A stretch of DNA of 54,271 bases, filler included, from Stramenopiles sp. TOSAG23-2 (Eukaryota): NCBI GenBank assembly GCA_900128395.1. It is 3 parts of 3 records of this genome, joined end to end, with 100 filler letters (N's around TTAATTAATTAA, not from the genome) between each part and the next. Parts side by side here need not be neighbours in the genome. Positions count along the whole stretch, not along the records: positions 18,261 to 36,293 come from LT649617.1; positions 36,394 to 54,271 come from LT649619.1; 1 more part is not named here. One strand, written 5' to 3'. Numbering within the stretch: position 1 is the first letter of the stretch; each line of letters starts with the position of its first letter. The notes under the pieces were generated by a model that saw only the letters and a program-made list of their open reading frames with translations, ran no database searches and was not told where the DNA came from. Below are positions 35,301 through 44,438 of this stretch, piece by piece. The position numbers and the translations under genes were made by a program.

Positions 35301-36293
35301 GAAACATTTCTTTAAATGCGGCAATACTCTTTTTGGATCCTTCGTTTCAGACAGAATTTCAAGCAACTCGTCGTTTGAAAGAAAGAAAAATCTTGGGAAA
35401 AAGACCCTTTTTGTATTTAAATAATCGCTCAAGCCTTTCTGGATCAAGTCCAACAATTTACTTGCTTGTTCTAGTCGATCAATCATTCCTTCTTTTTTAC
35501 CAATTGATATACATGAGGAATCCTCTTGTAACCCTTGCATGATGTCTCTCCAGGTACGATCTACAGTGGCAAACCGTTTAGCTTCCATCGGCATTTGTTT
35601 CCTAATATCTTCAGAACTGAAAATAGGTTCTAAGTACAACCAGGTACTTTGAACCTTTAACCATATACCAATAACTTCCTCAATATTCTGAAGAATTTTT
35701 GCCCATGCTGTGATACGCTCCGTAAATGGTTTAATGAACCTACTTCCTCGCATCGCTTGTGTTCGAACAATTTGATCATCGAGAATTTGTTCAATTTCTT
35801 CAACACTAGTTAAAATGAATGTGCCTGTATCTTTCCATGCTTTACTTCCAAATATCATTGGTGCCCATTCCTCTTCCATTTTATCCATCGCTTGTTCTAA
35901 TGAAAATTCCTTACTTGCATTGATGCATGTATCGGTTATCGCTTCAACGTGGTTATGAAGTCCATAATTAATCATTTGTTTGAGATTTGCATTTTGAGCG
36001 TATGGAATGAATAGACCTGTCAACTTATTAATACTATCCCAATGCCTTTTTTTCAATCCTCTGGTACAGAGTAAAGTCATAAGTGGATGGAGATCATTTA
36101 AAAAGTCATTGCATTGTTCTTGAGCAGTAGCTGCAATATCAGCTTCGTCATTCATGTCTTTGCTTTTGAAATCCTTTTCAAACTTGATAAATTGACGACG
36201 GAAATTATCCATATCGTTTTCAACTTCTTCTGCATCTTGTTCCCACAGTGGTCTCGTCATTAATTTGTTAACAACTTGATTCCTAGTATGAGC
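26349..36293 (-). CDS. Axonemal dynein heavy chain, inner-arm (DNAH3/7/12-like), 5'-truncated by the contig end
   Basis: AAA1 GPAGTGKTET, AAA2 GRPFAGKT, AAA3 GPTGTGKS, AAA4 GVGGSGRQS, stalk, C-terminal LSTTGHSTNFV; frame stays open to the gap; no introns. Confidence 0.96.
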   Translation of the reverse strand, partial: AHTRNQVVNKLMTRPLWEQDAEEVENDMDNFRRQFIKFEKDFKSKDMNDEADIAATAQEQCNDFLNDLHPLMTLLCTRGLKKRHWDSINKLTGLFIPYAQNANLKQMINYGLHNHVEAITDTCINASKEFSLEQAMDKMEEEWAPMIFGSKAWKDTGTFILTSVEEIEQILDDQIVRTQAMRGSRFIKPFTERITAWAKILQNIEEVIGIWLKVQSTWLYLEPIFSSEDIRKQMPMEAKRFATVDRTWRDIMQGLQEDSSCISIGKKEGMIDRLEQASKLLDLIQKGLSDYLNTKRVFFPRFFFLSNDELLEILSETKDPKRVLPHLKKCFEGVNSLEFQSDLSITSIISKEKEVIPLDYEAISEKTINPNDSGGCVEIWLDQIQTVMRKMMAHLYDLSMVDYGKREPDGDRTGWLKDWPGQIVLGVSQTYWTTVTTEALKSGPKGTKALHQRLTAHLNDIIQMVRTPQKKIVKRTIGPLCVLDVHARDTVVELERLGIDDPNDFDWLCQFRYYWHEGGESMRTGAPGTVVCKMINAQRLYAYEYLGNSMRLVVTPLTDRCYRTLMGAIHLDYGGAPAGPAGTGKTETVKDLGKNCAIQCVVYNCSDSLDYLAMGKFFKGLAGTGAWSCFDEFNRINLEVLSVIAQQILTITRAKVAGLDRFDFEGENIQLRRTCNVFVTMNPGYAGRQELPDNLKALFRSVAMMVPDYAQIGQIILYSMGYLDGLALARKIVMTYKLCSEQLSNQRHYDYGMRAVMAVLRTSGNLKKKHPDAPEAALCLRAIVDVNLPKFLAPDVPLFKGIVGDLFPGIELEEVDYGTMHTCLLDMCKKNILQPTDYFKTKVFEIYETMVVRHGFMVVGRPFAGKTNALRMLQETLTEMKIREPDNPKWQKTYATVINPKSIPMGQLYGQFDPQTHEWSDGVLAITYRNYAAEPPKVGNPEDFKWVWFDGPVDAIWIENMNTVLDDNKKLCLMSGEMISMSDTMNMIFEPMDLEVASPATVSRVGVVYLEPHRMGWTPCVDSWIQRLSVKEGEDVGRQWILTEEEGAQILDLFMWIADPAICYVKTACNCRAPTVDQQLIVACLRFIEYHIEEFLGDKPEEDGKKKKKKDEKKKKLTPAQIDSIFMFSMIWSICSITDDASREMIDIFIREFISDPACVEGASYKNTNTQLLLRGWKYPYKNWEPRKLGLALPSKQLIFDYMYDMHNNKYVLWKDTLVKQKIPATATFSSIVIDTQVTACLGRLLPMLLKGGAPTLVIGPTGTGKSVFIKKVVTQIMDQNIFKPIFLSYTAETSGNDAQRIVDGKVDKRRKGVFGPSFGCKALVFVDDVNMPEIEEYGAQAAVELLRQFCANGGWYDEKEKTWRELIDTHLIAAMGPPGGSNNHITPRMMRHFNLICVDSFNQDDLVHIFSHIVDWHMKVAKLPSDANRFAKSLVSATIDMYQASQLNLLPTPKKSHYTFNVRDVARIIQGILLVTPYEGLNSLTMPKLWLHECTRVISDRLIEVSDNEWFMGHTTKLMKEHFSLNMADVIGHLDPEEKNQAGLDSLRRLFFGNYTTVKQYKEIDDVDSLVHQMNKYLEDYNDVSKTKMDLVLFVFAVEHISRIARVLSMPGGNTLLVGVGGSGRQSLTRLAAFMLDYTLKQIELSKNYGFAEWREDVKIVLREGGCGERPFVFLFSDTQVKDERFVLDISSILNTGEVPNIFMVDEKMEIVDRMRVHAKELKDGKNMTTNELFEFFLRRLKDNLHIVLAFSPIGEAFRSRLRKFPSIVNCTTIDWFFAWPTDALEAVAEKFLASIKVDEQVKTALVTTCGYIHQSSRKLSTLFAEKKGRITYMTPTSYLELIKAFQGSLGITREAVKLARDRYANGLDKLGFAADQVEHMQKELTEMIPVLEDSTKKTEALMATIEQKLPGVTKMKNNVGKEAAIVQVDADACAAMKKECEDELAVAIPLLEDAIQALNTLKKSDITEVGAMKKPPSGVVLTMSAVCDMFGIKPDKIKDPEDPTKKIKDYWGPAKKQLLGDSKFLQKLKDYDKDNIDPKVVAKIRKSYLSKEEFTPERVKKASIAAMGLCKWVRAMEAYDRVAKVVAPKKAKLAASELELKETMEKLNKKKAELKKVEDDLAELESALEQAIKRKEELEANVDLCNKKLVRAKELIDGLGGEQARWTEKVGELSEEYTNLTGNVLVSSGLMAYLGAFTSEFRVSIMGKWVARCKLLGIPCSEKPSLVRTLGDPVKIRQWQVDGLPTDSMSVDNGIILFASRRWPLMIDPQGQANKWIKNFETKDGLKVIKLSDANYMRSVENAVQFGAPVLLENILEEMDPTLEPLLQKAIFKQGGVMCIRLGDSTVEYSENFRFYMTTKLRNPHYLPEIAVKVTLLNFMITPSGLQDQLLFCVVQEERPDLAEEKNRLIALGAKNAALAKDCEDKILHILATSTGNILEDESAIKALKDSKEISLDIKEKQQVADETEKQIDAVREGYIPIAVRGQILYFCIASLANIEPTYQYSLEWYTGLFVNAIRKSEASKKLEKRLENLSEYFTYSLYANICRSLLEKDKLLFSFVMTIRLNQGAGTIDYPEWYFLITGGVVVENPHKNPAKEWLSDKAWGELCRLSELHAFPGLRHNIMGSSDDWKRIYDSAQPEVEPLPGSWNDDLSTFQKMLVLRAIRPDKMMIAVQNYVMSELGDKFVKPPPFDLAACYVDSAITNPLVFVLSAGSDPMAGLLKFVSDQKATLNTISLGQGQGPKAAKLIENAMKDGSWVILQNCHLATSWMPELEKICEQLKPAQCHPDYRLWCTTYPSPDFPVSILQNAVKMTVEPPAGMRQNILGSYKNDPISDPTFFGSVGKAVEFRALLYSLCFFHANIQERREFGALGWNNPYEFNESDLRISIKQLAMFLDLYEKLPFKALNYCAGQCNYGGRVTDNKDRRLLMTLLKDYYKPAVLEPGHKITKSGSYVIPPDGKWEDYVKFVEALPLTVDPEVFCLHDNANITKDQKSTNELLVSILLTEESGGGGGDDSVDIDDQTESDEKTQDQIIYEVAENSLAKFPSLFDMEIAKLKYPVKWDNSMNTVLVQELQRFNKLVAVIKESLQDVMNAVKGLTVMSASIEKSGNSLFFGKIPEKWLDASYPSLKPLAGYTTDLLARLSFFKKWLDTKAPPTFWVSGFYFTQAFLTGTLQNFARKYTVEIDDVDFDFEVMPKPQQMYRTAPKDGVYVYGLFIDGARWDADKKCLNDSLPKVLFGVAPVLWLKPKASKDISVYDHYDCPVYKTSERRGMLSTTGHSTNFVMMIRIPSDRDGDEWIKAGVAMLTQLDD

Positions 36294-36393
36294 NNNNNNN
36301 NNNNNNNNNNNNNNNNNNNNNNNNNNNNNNNNNNNNNTTAATTAATTAANNNNNNNNNNNNNNNNNNNNNNNNNNNNNNNNNNNNNNNNNNNN
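36294..36393. other. Artificial contig-joining linker
   Basis: 44 N + TTAATTAATTAA + 44 N. Confidence 0.97.
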
Positions 36394-36394
36394 A

Positions 36395-36700
36395 ATTATT
36401 CATCAGGGGTTAAATTTATTAGGTACGCAACATGCTGTTGGTTTCATCGCGCTATCCCATTTATCTGAACATTACAAAGAACATTTGGAAGCAGCTGATA
36501 AACCTAGGCATCATATTGAAGAACGAAAACGTAAAGATTCATTTCAAATAATGAGTGAAGCAAGTGACCCGTCATGGCCAACACACATTCAAAAATACCA
36601 TAACATTTGGTCGAATGCTAGGAAATCAACTAATTTAGAAGGATATTGTAAATTTACTGACGAGTATAAAAAAAAAATAATAAATGAAAAAAATAAATGA
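36395..36700 (+). CDS. 3' end of an unknown CDS cut by the contig start
   Basis: Frame open from the gap (IIHQGLNLLG...) to TGA at 36700. Confidence 0.55.
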   Translation: MIHQGLNLLGTQHAVGFIALSHLSEHYKEHLEAADKPRHHIEERKRKDSFQIMSEASDPSWPTHIQKYHNIWSNARKSTNLEGYCKFTDEYKKKIINEKNK

Positions 36701-36916
36701 GAAAAGAACACAGGTGTGGGGGGGTATTTAATGTTATGATACGCGCACCACGAATTTATTACGAGTATAACTGTTTTTACTACACTATTGTTGTTAATAT
36801 TAATTATAAAACACAAAATATTTTAAAATTCCTATCCAGCAGTTGTCTTTCTTCTACTTCCACACACACACACACACACACACACAAACCTTTTATATAA
36901 GCGTGTAAATGTTTTT

Positions 36917-39420
36917 TTACAATTTTGATTGTTGCACTGTTGAAGGACTACCACCAAATAACCCATTAAAAAACATCGATAAACGAGATTTAAAGATATT
37001 AAAAAACAAACCAATTCGTCCTTGGTTCTGAACTTGTTGCTGTACATCTGCAAGAATATCAGCTAGTGAAGCTGGTTCTTGAATTTCAATACCATCGATT
37101 AATATTTTAGATTTTGCAGGTAATCCTTTGTAATCCCATAAATCAACAATACCTTGATTGTTTCTTAACAGTCCTGGTATTTCTAATGGTGATAGTTTTT
37201 CCACATTTGTATCACCTGGTTCTTGAATTTCAATACCATCGATTAATATTTTAGATTTTGCAGGTAATCCTTTGTAATCCCATAAATCAACAATACCTTG
37301 ATTGTTTCTTAACAGTCCTGGTATTTCTAATGGTGATAGTTTTTCCACATTTGTATCACCTAGAATTATTTTCATATCTTTTGGTAGAGTTCGACGACGA
37401 GGACGCAAGGCAGGTGATTGACCACCACCACCATAATTGACAGTCAAGCCTTGCAATGGTGTTACTTGCTCTTTCATTAATTGTCTCATACGATTTAATA
37501 ATTTTTCTACCACTTCTGGATGTTGAAATTGTAAATCATATTGTTCCGTTGGATCTTTTGCTAAATTAAACAACCATCTATTTTTTAGTTGTGAAATATC
37601 TGTTTTACCACTTTCCAACCAAATCCTCATACCGCCATCACCAACTTTGCCACCTATACTTTTTGGTATTGCATTGTAATCGGTAAAGTCAGGACCAACT
37701 ATGTAATCAAGGGGCCATGCATTGCTCGGGTCTTCTCCATACCAATCATCTCGTCCTGGATATCCTTCTATTAATTTCCAATCCCCAATTCGTAATGCAG
37801 TTACATTAATCTATGTAAGTAAGAAGATATATGTGATGCGTGTGTTAGAAATTATGTGAGAAATATATATGGGGCATATTATCGTAGTGAATAAATGTGA
37901 CTTACCCAACTATTAGCAGCACGTTTTAATGAAGGGCCTTCTCCCTCTGGACCAACAATATTGTCCAATGCATACAACATTTCACTCCTTTGCCCGTTTC
38001 CCGGATCGTATTTACCATTCACTAAACTTTCCCACATGTTTACACCATCTAATGGTTTTCCAGGCACGGCAAGGTTTGCCGCTTGGACACCTACCATACT
38101 TAGTATAGTGGGATACCAATCGGTAACATGTGCCAAAGCATATGATTCTGTCCCTCTTTTTGCAATGGGAATAATATCTGGATTCAAGGAGTAAACAAAA
38201 GCTGCTGCCCGAGTACCACCTTCCCATGGACTAGTTTTAGTTCCACGGTATGGCCAATTCGAAGCCCCCGTAGTAATATCACCACCATTATCACCATATC
38301 CAATAAATAATGTGTTGCTCCACATATGTTTACGTTTCAACACATCAACAATTTTTGCAATGCAACGGTCTAAATGTGTAATCATGCCGGCAAATTCACG
38401 TCTTTTTTGACCTGGTATGTGCGAGTTAAAATCTGCATCTTGTTGGTAAAATTGCGTTGGCCAATGTGGCGCAGTATATGGCAAATATAAAAACAATTGA
38501 CCATCTTTCTCAACATTATGCTCCCATATCATTTGAATTGCTTGATTTGTAAATGCATCCGAACTATGTGTCATGTTATCAGTTGTAATATGTTCATGTA
38601 TAAATGTGCCGTCACGTGCAAATCGATCATGTTTATGATCGATAGCTTCCCCTATAATATTTCTTCCCATACCTTTCAATGCCCCATTATTATTTTGCGA
38701 CCTACGCATAACATCGCGATGTGGACCGCCACCTGGCCATACAATATGTTCCCAATGATCTGCACCTCCATGGTATGCACCAAAGAAATCATTAAATCCT
38801 CTACCAGCTGGGCTATATTTAAATTCCCCATGTCCTAAATGCCATTTTCCAGAACCTTTACATGTATAACCTAAGTTTACAAGACGTTCACAAAGTGTAA
38901 CTTCATCTGCTGGTATCCAAGTTGCATCATTTCCTAAAGCAACTCCATGTTGCCCTCCAGTTCGTATAGGGTATCTACCTGTTAACAATGCAGACCTCGT
39001 TGGGCTACATATTGGCTGAACATAATATTGTTTTAATTTGATACCACCTTGCATTAATTCATCCATGAATGGAGTGCGAGGAGTTTGAATACCTCCAGAA
39101 AAACTACCAAGGTCATTTGCACCTAAATCATCAAACAACGCCATAACTATGTGTGGTCTTGGAGGATTCTTCGACTTCGCAGTCGTTGCTGCTGTGGGTG
39201 ATTTTTTCATCAACACTTGTTGTTGATATTGACCTTGTCGTTGTGGAAATGTAATATTTGTTGACAATACATTATTATTATTTGAGTAACGGCATAAATT
39301 ACTATTTAGAGATGAAGTTGACACTTTATCATTTACTTTTCCTGCATTTACTGTTGGGATAATGTTACTATTACAAATGAAAATAATTACGAATATTAAC
39401 AACGATATCATGCACTTCAT
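36917..39420 (-). CDS. Arylsulfatase (S1, ARSB/I/J-like); 2 exons, complement(join(36917..37810,37906..39420))
   Basis: Signal peptide, DDLG, CSPTRSALLTGRY, GKWHLG, DNGG, SNWPYRGTK; splicing gives ...NSW|INVTALRIGDWKLIEG in frame; ends QQSKL. Confidence 0.93.
37072..37361. repeat. Exact 144-bp in-frame tandem duplication in sulfatase exon 2
   Basis: GDTNVEKLSP...EIQEP is encoded twice with no synonymous differences. Confidence 0.9.
37811..37905 (-). other. Spliceosomal intron (95 nt, phase 0)
   Basis: GTAAGT donor, CTAAC branch-like motif, ACATAG acceptor; removal joins two sulfatase ORFs in frame. Confidence 0.9.
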
Positions 39421-40178
39421 GTTACAACTATATACAATTAATCCTTACACAAATACACAAAAGAAAATGTATAAAATTGAAAAAAAATATATATATAATT
39501 CTTTCTACCATACGATACAGTAATCATTTGCTGATATCTTTTTTCTTATTTTCTATTTTTTAAGAAAGAAGAATTATTATTTCTGAAGTTCAAGAACCAG
39601 ATAGTCTACAGAGAAGATGGATGGGACAGAGGCGAAAAAGGATTTCAATATATAATATATTAATATATTTATACTAAGAGACCGGAAAAAGTAATGAAAA
39701 ATCTCGATTCAGGCCTATCAAAATTTTAAAATGAAAATCCTAAATATCCTGTGTATAAGGATTAGTAGATAAACGATGTGGTTAAATATATATCTCATAT
39801 ATGATATATCGGTATATTACGATCGTACATAATAATGTTATTTTTTACGTTGTAATTTTAACAATGTTTAAAGAATGTTCTTATGCTGTTCGTATTATAA
39901 CCAATACATCATGTCTTCTCGGCATCTCGCTTCAATATTCTCTTCTCTAGTCGTATTTGAGAGGAACGACGTTGCGAAGATATTTTGTTACTTAATACTA
40001 CATTTGAGTTTTGATGTAAACAAGTAACAACCATGTATCCAGATTTAAATGATCAATCCATCGCATGTCCTTTTTACAGTGATTGTATATATAATTAAAA
40101 TATAAGAGTTTGTACATATCATAATGATAATATGAACGAGATTGTCATGAGTAAACAACATTTTAAAGACCTGCAATA

Positions 40179-40248
40179 AAAATTTTGTAGTAAAATTACT
40201 ACAATGTAGTAAGATTACTACAAAATTTACGTAAATTTTGTAGTAATC
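40179..40248. repeat. Nested palindromic array of TGTAGTAA including a perfect 36-bp palindrome
   Basis: GATTACTACAAAATTTAC|GTAAATTTTGTAGTAATC at 40213-40248; five alternating-orientation copies of the 8-mer. Confidence 0.85.
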
Positions 40249-41438
40249 CCGCGATGGCTAATGTCGAGCGTGCGAGCCGCTAAATATATGAGGAATGCCA
40301 GAATGCAGACGAGATGCAAAAAAAAAAAAAGAGGGACAATAGCAAGTACATAGCATAAGTATCAAAATGATCAGCTGACCATGTATGATTTTGTTCACCT
40401 GTTACTTTCTTATTTATTCAATTTATATATTAAATATCCGATATTTGCATATATATACTAAAATAAGAATGTTGATATCTTATTATTACCTGTATTAATA
40501 TATTAACAAATTCTATAAATTATTACACATATAATCCATTATAAATTATGATTCATGCACTTTTTTATTTTAGACATACAGAGTATATATAATATATATG
40601 ATTTATTATTATGTATTATATAATAATAATAAAATCTAAAATCATGATTCATGATGGTATGATGGTACATTTGGATACTAAATACAGCACCGGGAGGTAC
40701 CTTTCTTGTTCATCGACAACAATCGTTTCGCTCATATTATAGTATATATCGATAACCTGAATATTCTGCAAAATCTAAGTGGTCCACCCTCGCAGTTTGA
40801 TTAATCAGCAACAGTTCGTGTTTCGTGGTCAGAATTATAACTGATTTAAAGAGACAAAAAAGCAAGATGAATAAAGAAAAAATATATTATTTGACGATGT
40901 TGACATGTCGAATGTGCATTGTCACATTGTATGCATGCTCAATTATTGGCATTACCTTTAAAAAGAAAACCAAGTACTAAAACATCAGAAATGGAAAATG
41001 TATTGCAGTACAAAGGTGCAAATGAAATGGCATCTAATTTTAATCATCATACACAACATCTTGGTTTTGTTCATGCTTATGGTGATGCTAAAACCCAATA
41101 TGGTCAATTTAAAAAAAAGGTAGTAAAAGTAGTGCACAGCGATCAAGTAAAAGAAAAATATATGATAAATTACAGCACTTTAAGATCCAAGACTTTAATA
41201 AAATTAAAGAATCACACAACTCCGATGTTGACAAAGAGTTCAAGTGTGCTCAAATGTTGTGTAAAAAGGGGGGCAGTTAAAGCCCAGCGTTATATCTTTT
41301 TTAACCATAGGAAATATGGAACAATACGGGAGACATTGTTACAACGTATAACTTCATTTTTTTTGGTAGTACAGTATAGTCGTCATCTAATCCATTATTA
41401 TTTTCAAAGTATCTTCGTATCATTAAACAACACGAAAG

Positions 41439-43880
41439 ATGATCTCGCCACAATCATTACTAGCGGATCACACGCATAATTTAACAATTCCAGGCCGTGA
41501 CGGCAAAATTCATATTCATAGAGACTCTCATGGTGTTGCGCACATTAAAGGAACAACACCACGTGCTTGTTACTTTGCCCAAGGTATATGCATTGCACAA
41601 GATAGATTGTTTCAACTACATTACCAACGTTCTTTGGCAAAGGGACAAGGTGCTGCATTGCTTGGGAAAGGTTTATTAAGAAGAGATAAGCAAAACCGTA
41701 CACTTGGATATCACCGAGCTGCCATACGAGAGTGGAAAGAACAAACAAAAGAAGCAAAAGTTATATTAATAGCTTATTCAGAGGGAATATCTTATATTAT
41801 CAATAAGCAAATTGAAAACAATACACTTCCATATGAATTTCATATTCTTGGTATCAAACGTATTGATAATTGGCATCCTATTGATTCACTAGCTGTAATT
41901 AAAATGGTTGCAGATTCATTTAAATGGATACAGAAATTACAACATCAAAAAGTATTGAACAAGTTAGGTGAGAAAGGATTGAAAGCATTTTTTCCAAATT
42001 ATCCACGTGGTACGACTGTCATTACTTCTGATACTGGATGGACATTAGATCAAAACGAACATTATTATGATCATGAAAGTGATAATATGTATAATATTGG
42101 ATATCAAGGAGCAATAAATGGTGGATCAAACTGTTGGGTTGTCAGTGGTAAACGAACAAAGATGGGAAAACCGTTGGTGTGTGGCGATCCACATCTTGGA
42201 ATTACAATGCCTGGTATGTGGTACATGGTTACGATGGAGTGTGAAGAATTCAAAGTTGCAGGGCCATGTAATCCATGTTACCCAGGACCTGTCTTTTATG
42301 GGACTGCAAATGATAATGTAGCATGGACAATGACACATGCTCAAGGTGATAGAAATGATTTATATGTTGAAAAAGTACGGCAAAGACCAAATCAGGTCCC
42401 CGAGGTATTGTTTAAAGATACATGGTTAAAGATGGAAGTCCTCGAAGAAACCATCGAGGTTGCTGGTGTAGTTGTTGGTATTGATGGAGCTATTAAGACT
42501 GTTAATAACAAGGACATTGCTCCTAAAATGATTGAAAAATCGTATGTTCAACATAAAATATACATATCACCACACCATGGCGCAATAATTGAAGGTGATC
42601 CAGAGAAAGATTCACTTGTCATGGCAAATAAATGGAACTTAGCAGATTGCCCTTCGCATGATATGCATGCATTGCATTTAATGCACCATGCAAAAACATA
42701 TAATGATTTGCGTGCAGCTATACGTGCGTTAGATTCAATTAGTGGAAATTACTGTTTCGCTGATGGTGTTGAAGGCAATATTGGATACCAATATTCTGGT
42801 TTAATACCTAAGCGACCCTGTTATCTCCTACCAGTAGCAGGTTGGGATGGCAAATACGAATGGGATGGAAATGTCCCAAAAAATGAGCTTCCGATAGTAC
42901 ACAACCCAGATAGTGGTGTTGTATTTTCAGCAAACAATAGGCATTCAGACCACAGTTTTCCACATTATTTAAGTTTTTATGGATTTCGTCACCGTGCTGA
43001 GCGTTTAAATTCATATTTCAAGGCACGATCAAATAAACAAGATTTTACTTTTCAAGATATGGAAGATTTGCAAAATGACTCAATATCTGAATATGCTAAA
43101 GAATTCATATTGTTAATGAAAAAAAATATGAGGATAGAAGAAAATTATTATAATAACAATAAGAAGAGGAAGAAGAAGAACGAGAATAATAATATCATGC
43201 TGTCCACGAAAGCTGAAAAATTGTATTATATTTTATCAAACTGGGATTGTGATATGAAAGCAAATGCAAATGAACCAACAATCTTTCATAATGTATTAGG
43301 GAAACTATGTCGGGATACAGTGATTCCATATTTTAAACAAGTTTTTAAAGGAAACCAAATATGGTCCACGCAAAGGCTGCAATTAATTGATGGAATGGGA
43401 AGAGGTAAGTCCTCCCCAATTTTGCCCTCTGGAAAAACTTGGAAAGAGTTATTATTTGCTGCTTTTGAGGTTGCGGCTGAAAAATATGATGAGAAAAAAA
43501 CATGGGGAGATATACATCGTATCAAGTGGGGGCATAGTTTAGGAAGATTCAAAGGGTATGAACCAGTATTCAATTTAACATCTGGAAAACATATGCCTGT
43601 CTCCGGTAGCTCCTTTACATTGCATTGTACACATGGTTCATTTGGCGGTGTTGGTCTGGCTGGTGTAACATATAGACAAATACATTCATTAACAAAACCC
43701 CAAACATCTTATGCATCCGTGTATCCTGGAAATAGTGGCCAACCGTCTTCACCCTTTTATTCAAATAATTTAAATCGATGGAGAAATGCCAAGACACATA
43801 AGCTGTATTTAAATTGGGATGAAATCGTTGAACATTCCATATCACAAATGGAAGTTAATGGTGCAAACAGTAAATTGTAA
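41439..43880 (+). CDS. Penicillin/AHL acylase family Ntn-hydrolase (peptidase S45) with C-terminal SKL
   Basis: IHRDSHGVAHI, AQG..IAQDRLFQ, beta-chain start G|SNCWVVSGKRT...GDPHL, WTMT, HGAII, ANNR, PGNSG.P.SPFY; ends NSKL. Confidence 0.92.
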   Translation: MISPQSLLADHTHNLTIPGRDGKIHIHRDSHGVAHIKGTTPRACYFAQGICIAQDRLFQLHYQRSLAKGQGAALLGKGLLRRDKQNRTLGYHRAAIREWKEQTKEAKVILIAYSEGISYIINKQIENNTLPYEFHILGIKRIDNWHPIDSLAVIKMVADSFKWIQKLQHQKVLNKLGEKGLKAFFPNYPRGTTVITSDTGWTLDQNEHYYDHESDNMYNIGYQGAINGGSNCWVVSGKRTKMGKPLVCGDPHLGITMPGMWYMVTMECEEFKVAGPCNPCYPGPVFYGTANDNVAWTMTHAQGDRNDLYVEKVRQRPNQVPEVLFKDTWLKMEVLEETIEVAGVVVGIDGAIKTVNNKDIAPKMIEKSYVQHKIYISPHHGAIIEGDPEKDSLVMANKWNLADCPSHDMHALHLMHHAKTYNDLRAAIRALDSISGNYCFADGVEGNIGYQYSGLIPKRPCYLLPVAGWDGKYEWDGNVPKNELPIVHNPDSGVVFSANNRHSDHSFPHYLSFYGFRHRAERLNSYFKARSNKQDFTFQDMEDLQNDSISEYAKEFILLMKKNMRIEENYYNNNKKRKKKNENNNIMLSTKAEKLYYILSNWDCDMKANANEPTIFHNVLGKLCRDTVIPYFKQVFKGNQIWSTQRLQLIDGMGRGKSSPILPSGKTWKELLFAAFEVAAEKYDEKKTWGDIHRIKWGHSLGRFKGYEPVFNLTSGKHMPVSGSSFTLHCTHGSFGGVGLAGVTYRQIHSLTKPQTSYASVYPGNSGQPSSPFYSNNLNRWRNAKTHKLYLNWDEIVEHSISQMEVNGANSKL

Positions 43881-44116
43881 AATGTATATATATATATATG
43901 TATTCGAATATAATTTCTATCTTGTGGTATTAATATTGTCGCCCCCCCCCCCATTATTTGCATTTATTGGGATGAAATCGTTGAACATTCCATATCACAA
44001 ATGGAAGTTAATGGTGCAAACAGTAAATTGTAAAATGTATATATATATATATGTATTCGAATATAATTTCTATCTTGTGGTATTAATATTGTCGCCCCCC
44101 CCCCCCATTATTTGCA
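43813..44116. repeat. 153-bp tandem duplication of the acylase 3' end
   Basis: 43813-43962 repeated from 43966; differs only in poly-C length. Confidence 0.88.
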
Positions 44117-44438
44117 ATTCGATATATTAATAATATTAATATGTGCTCCCTGCCTATAAAATAGTTTTGTTTTTTTTCTTTTAACTTACCAGGTATACCA
44201 GGTAGAATATTATAGAGCAGTTCTCGCCTATGTTAATGTGTACTTTTTTAATACGCCTATGTGTACTTTTTAAAAAATACACATAAGTGTATTTAAAAAT
44301 AACAAAAGTACACATAAGTGAAAATTGGAAAAAAGTACACGATAGTGTGGTTTTCTCAATATTATAATTAATATTAATATTATTCAGCCACTGGCACACT
44401 AACACTACCATGGTACTTCTTTAGATAAATATATAGAG

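Noticed and set aside
27619-35542. Short ORFs nested in or antisense to dynein
   Set aside because: Expected shadow frames of a long CDS; no independent motifs
40919-41479. 186-aa ORF upstream of the acylase
   Set aside because: TTG start, no recognisable motifs, overlaps the acylase start; could be a decayed fragment but cannot be supported
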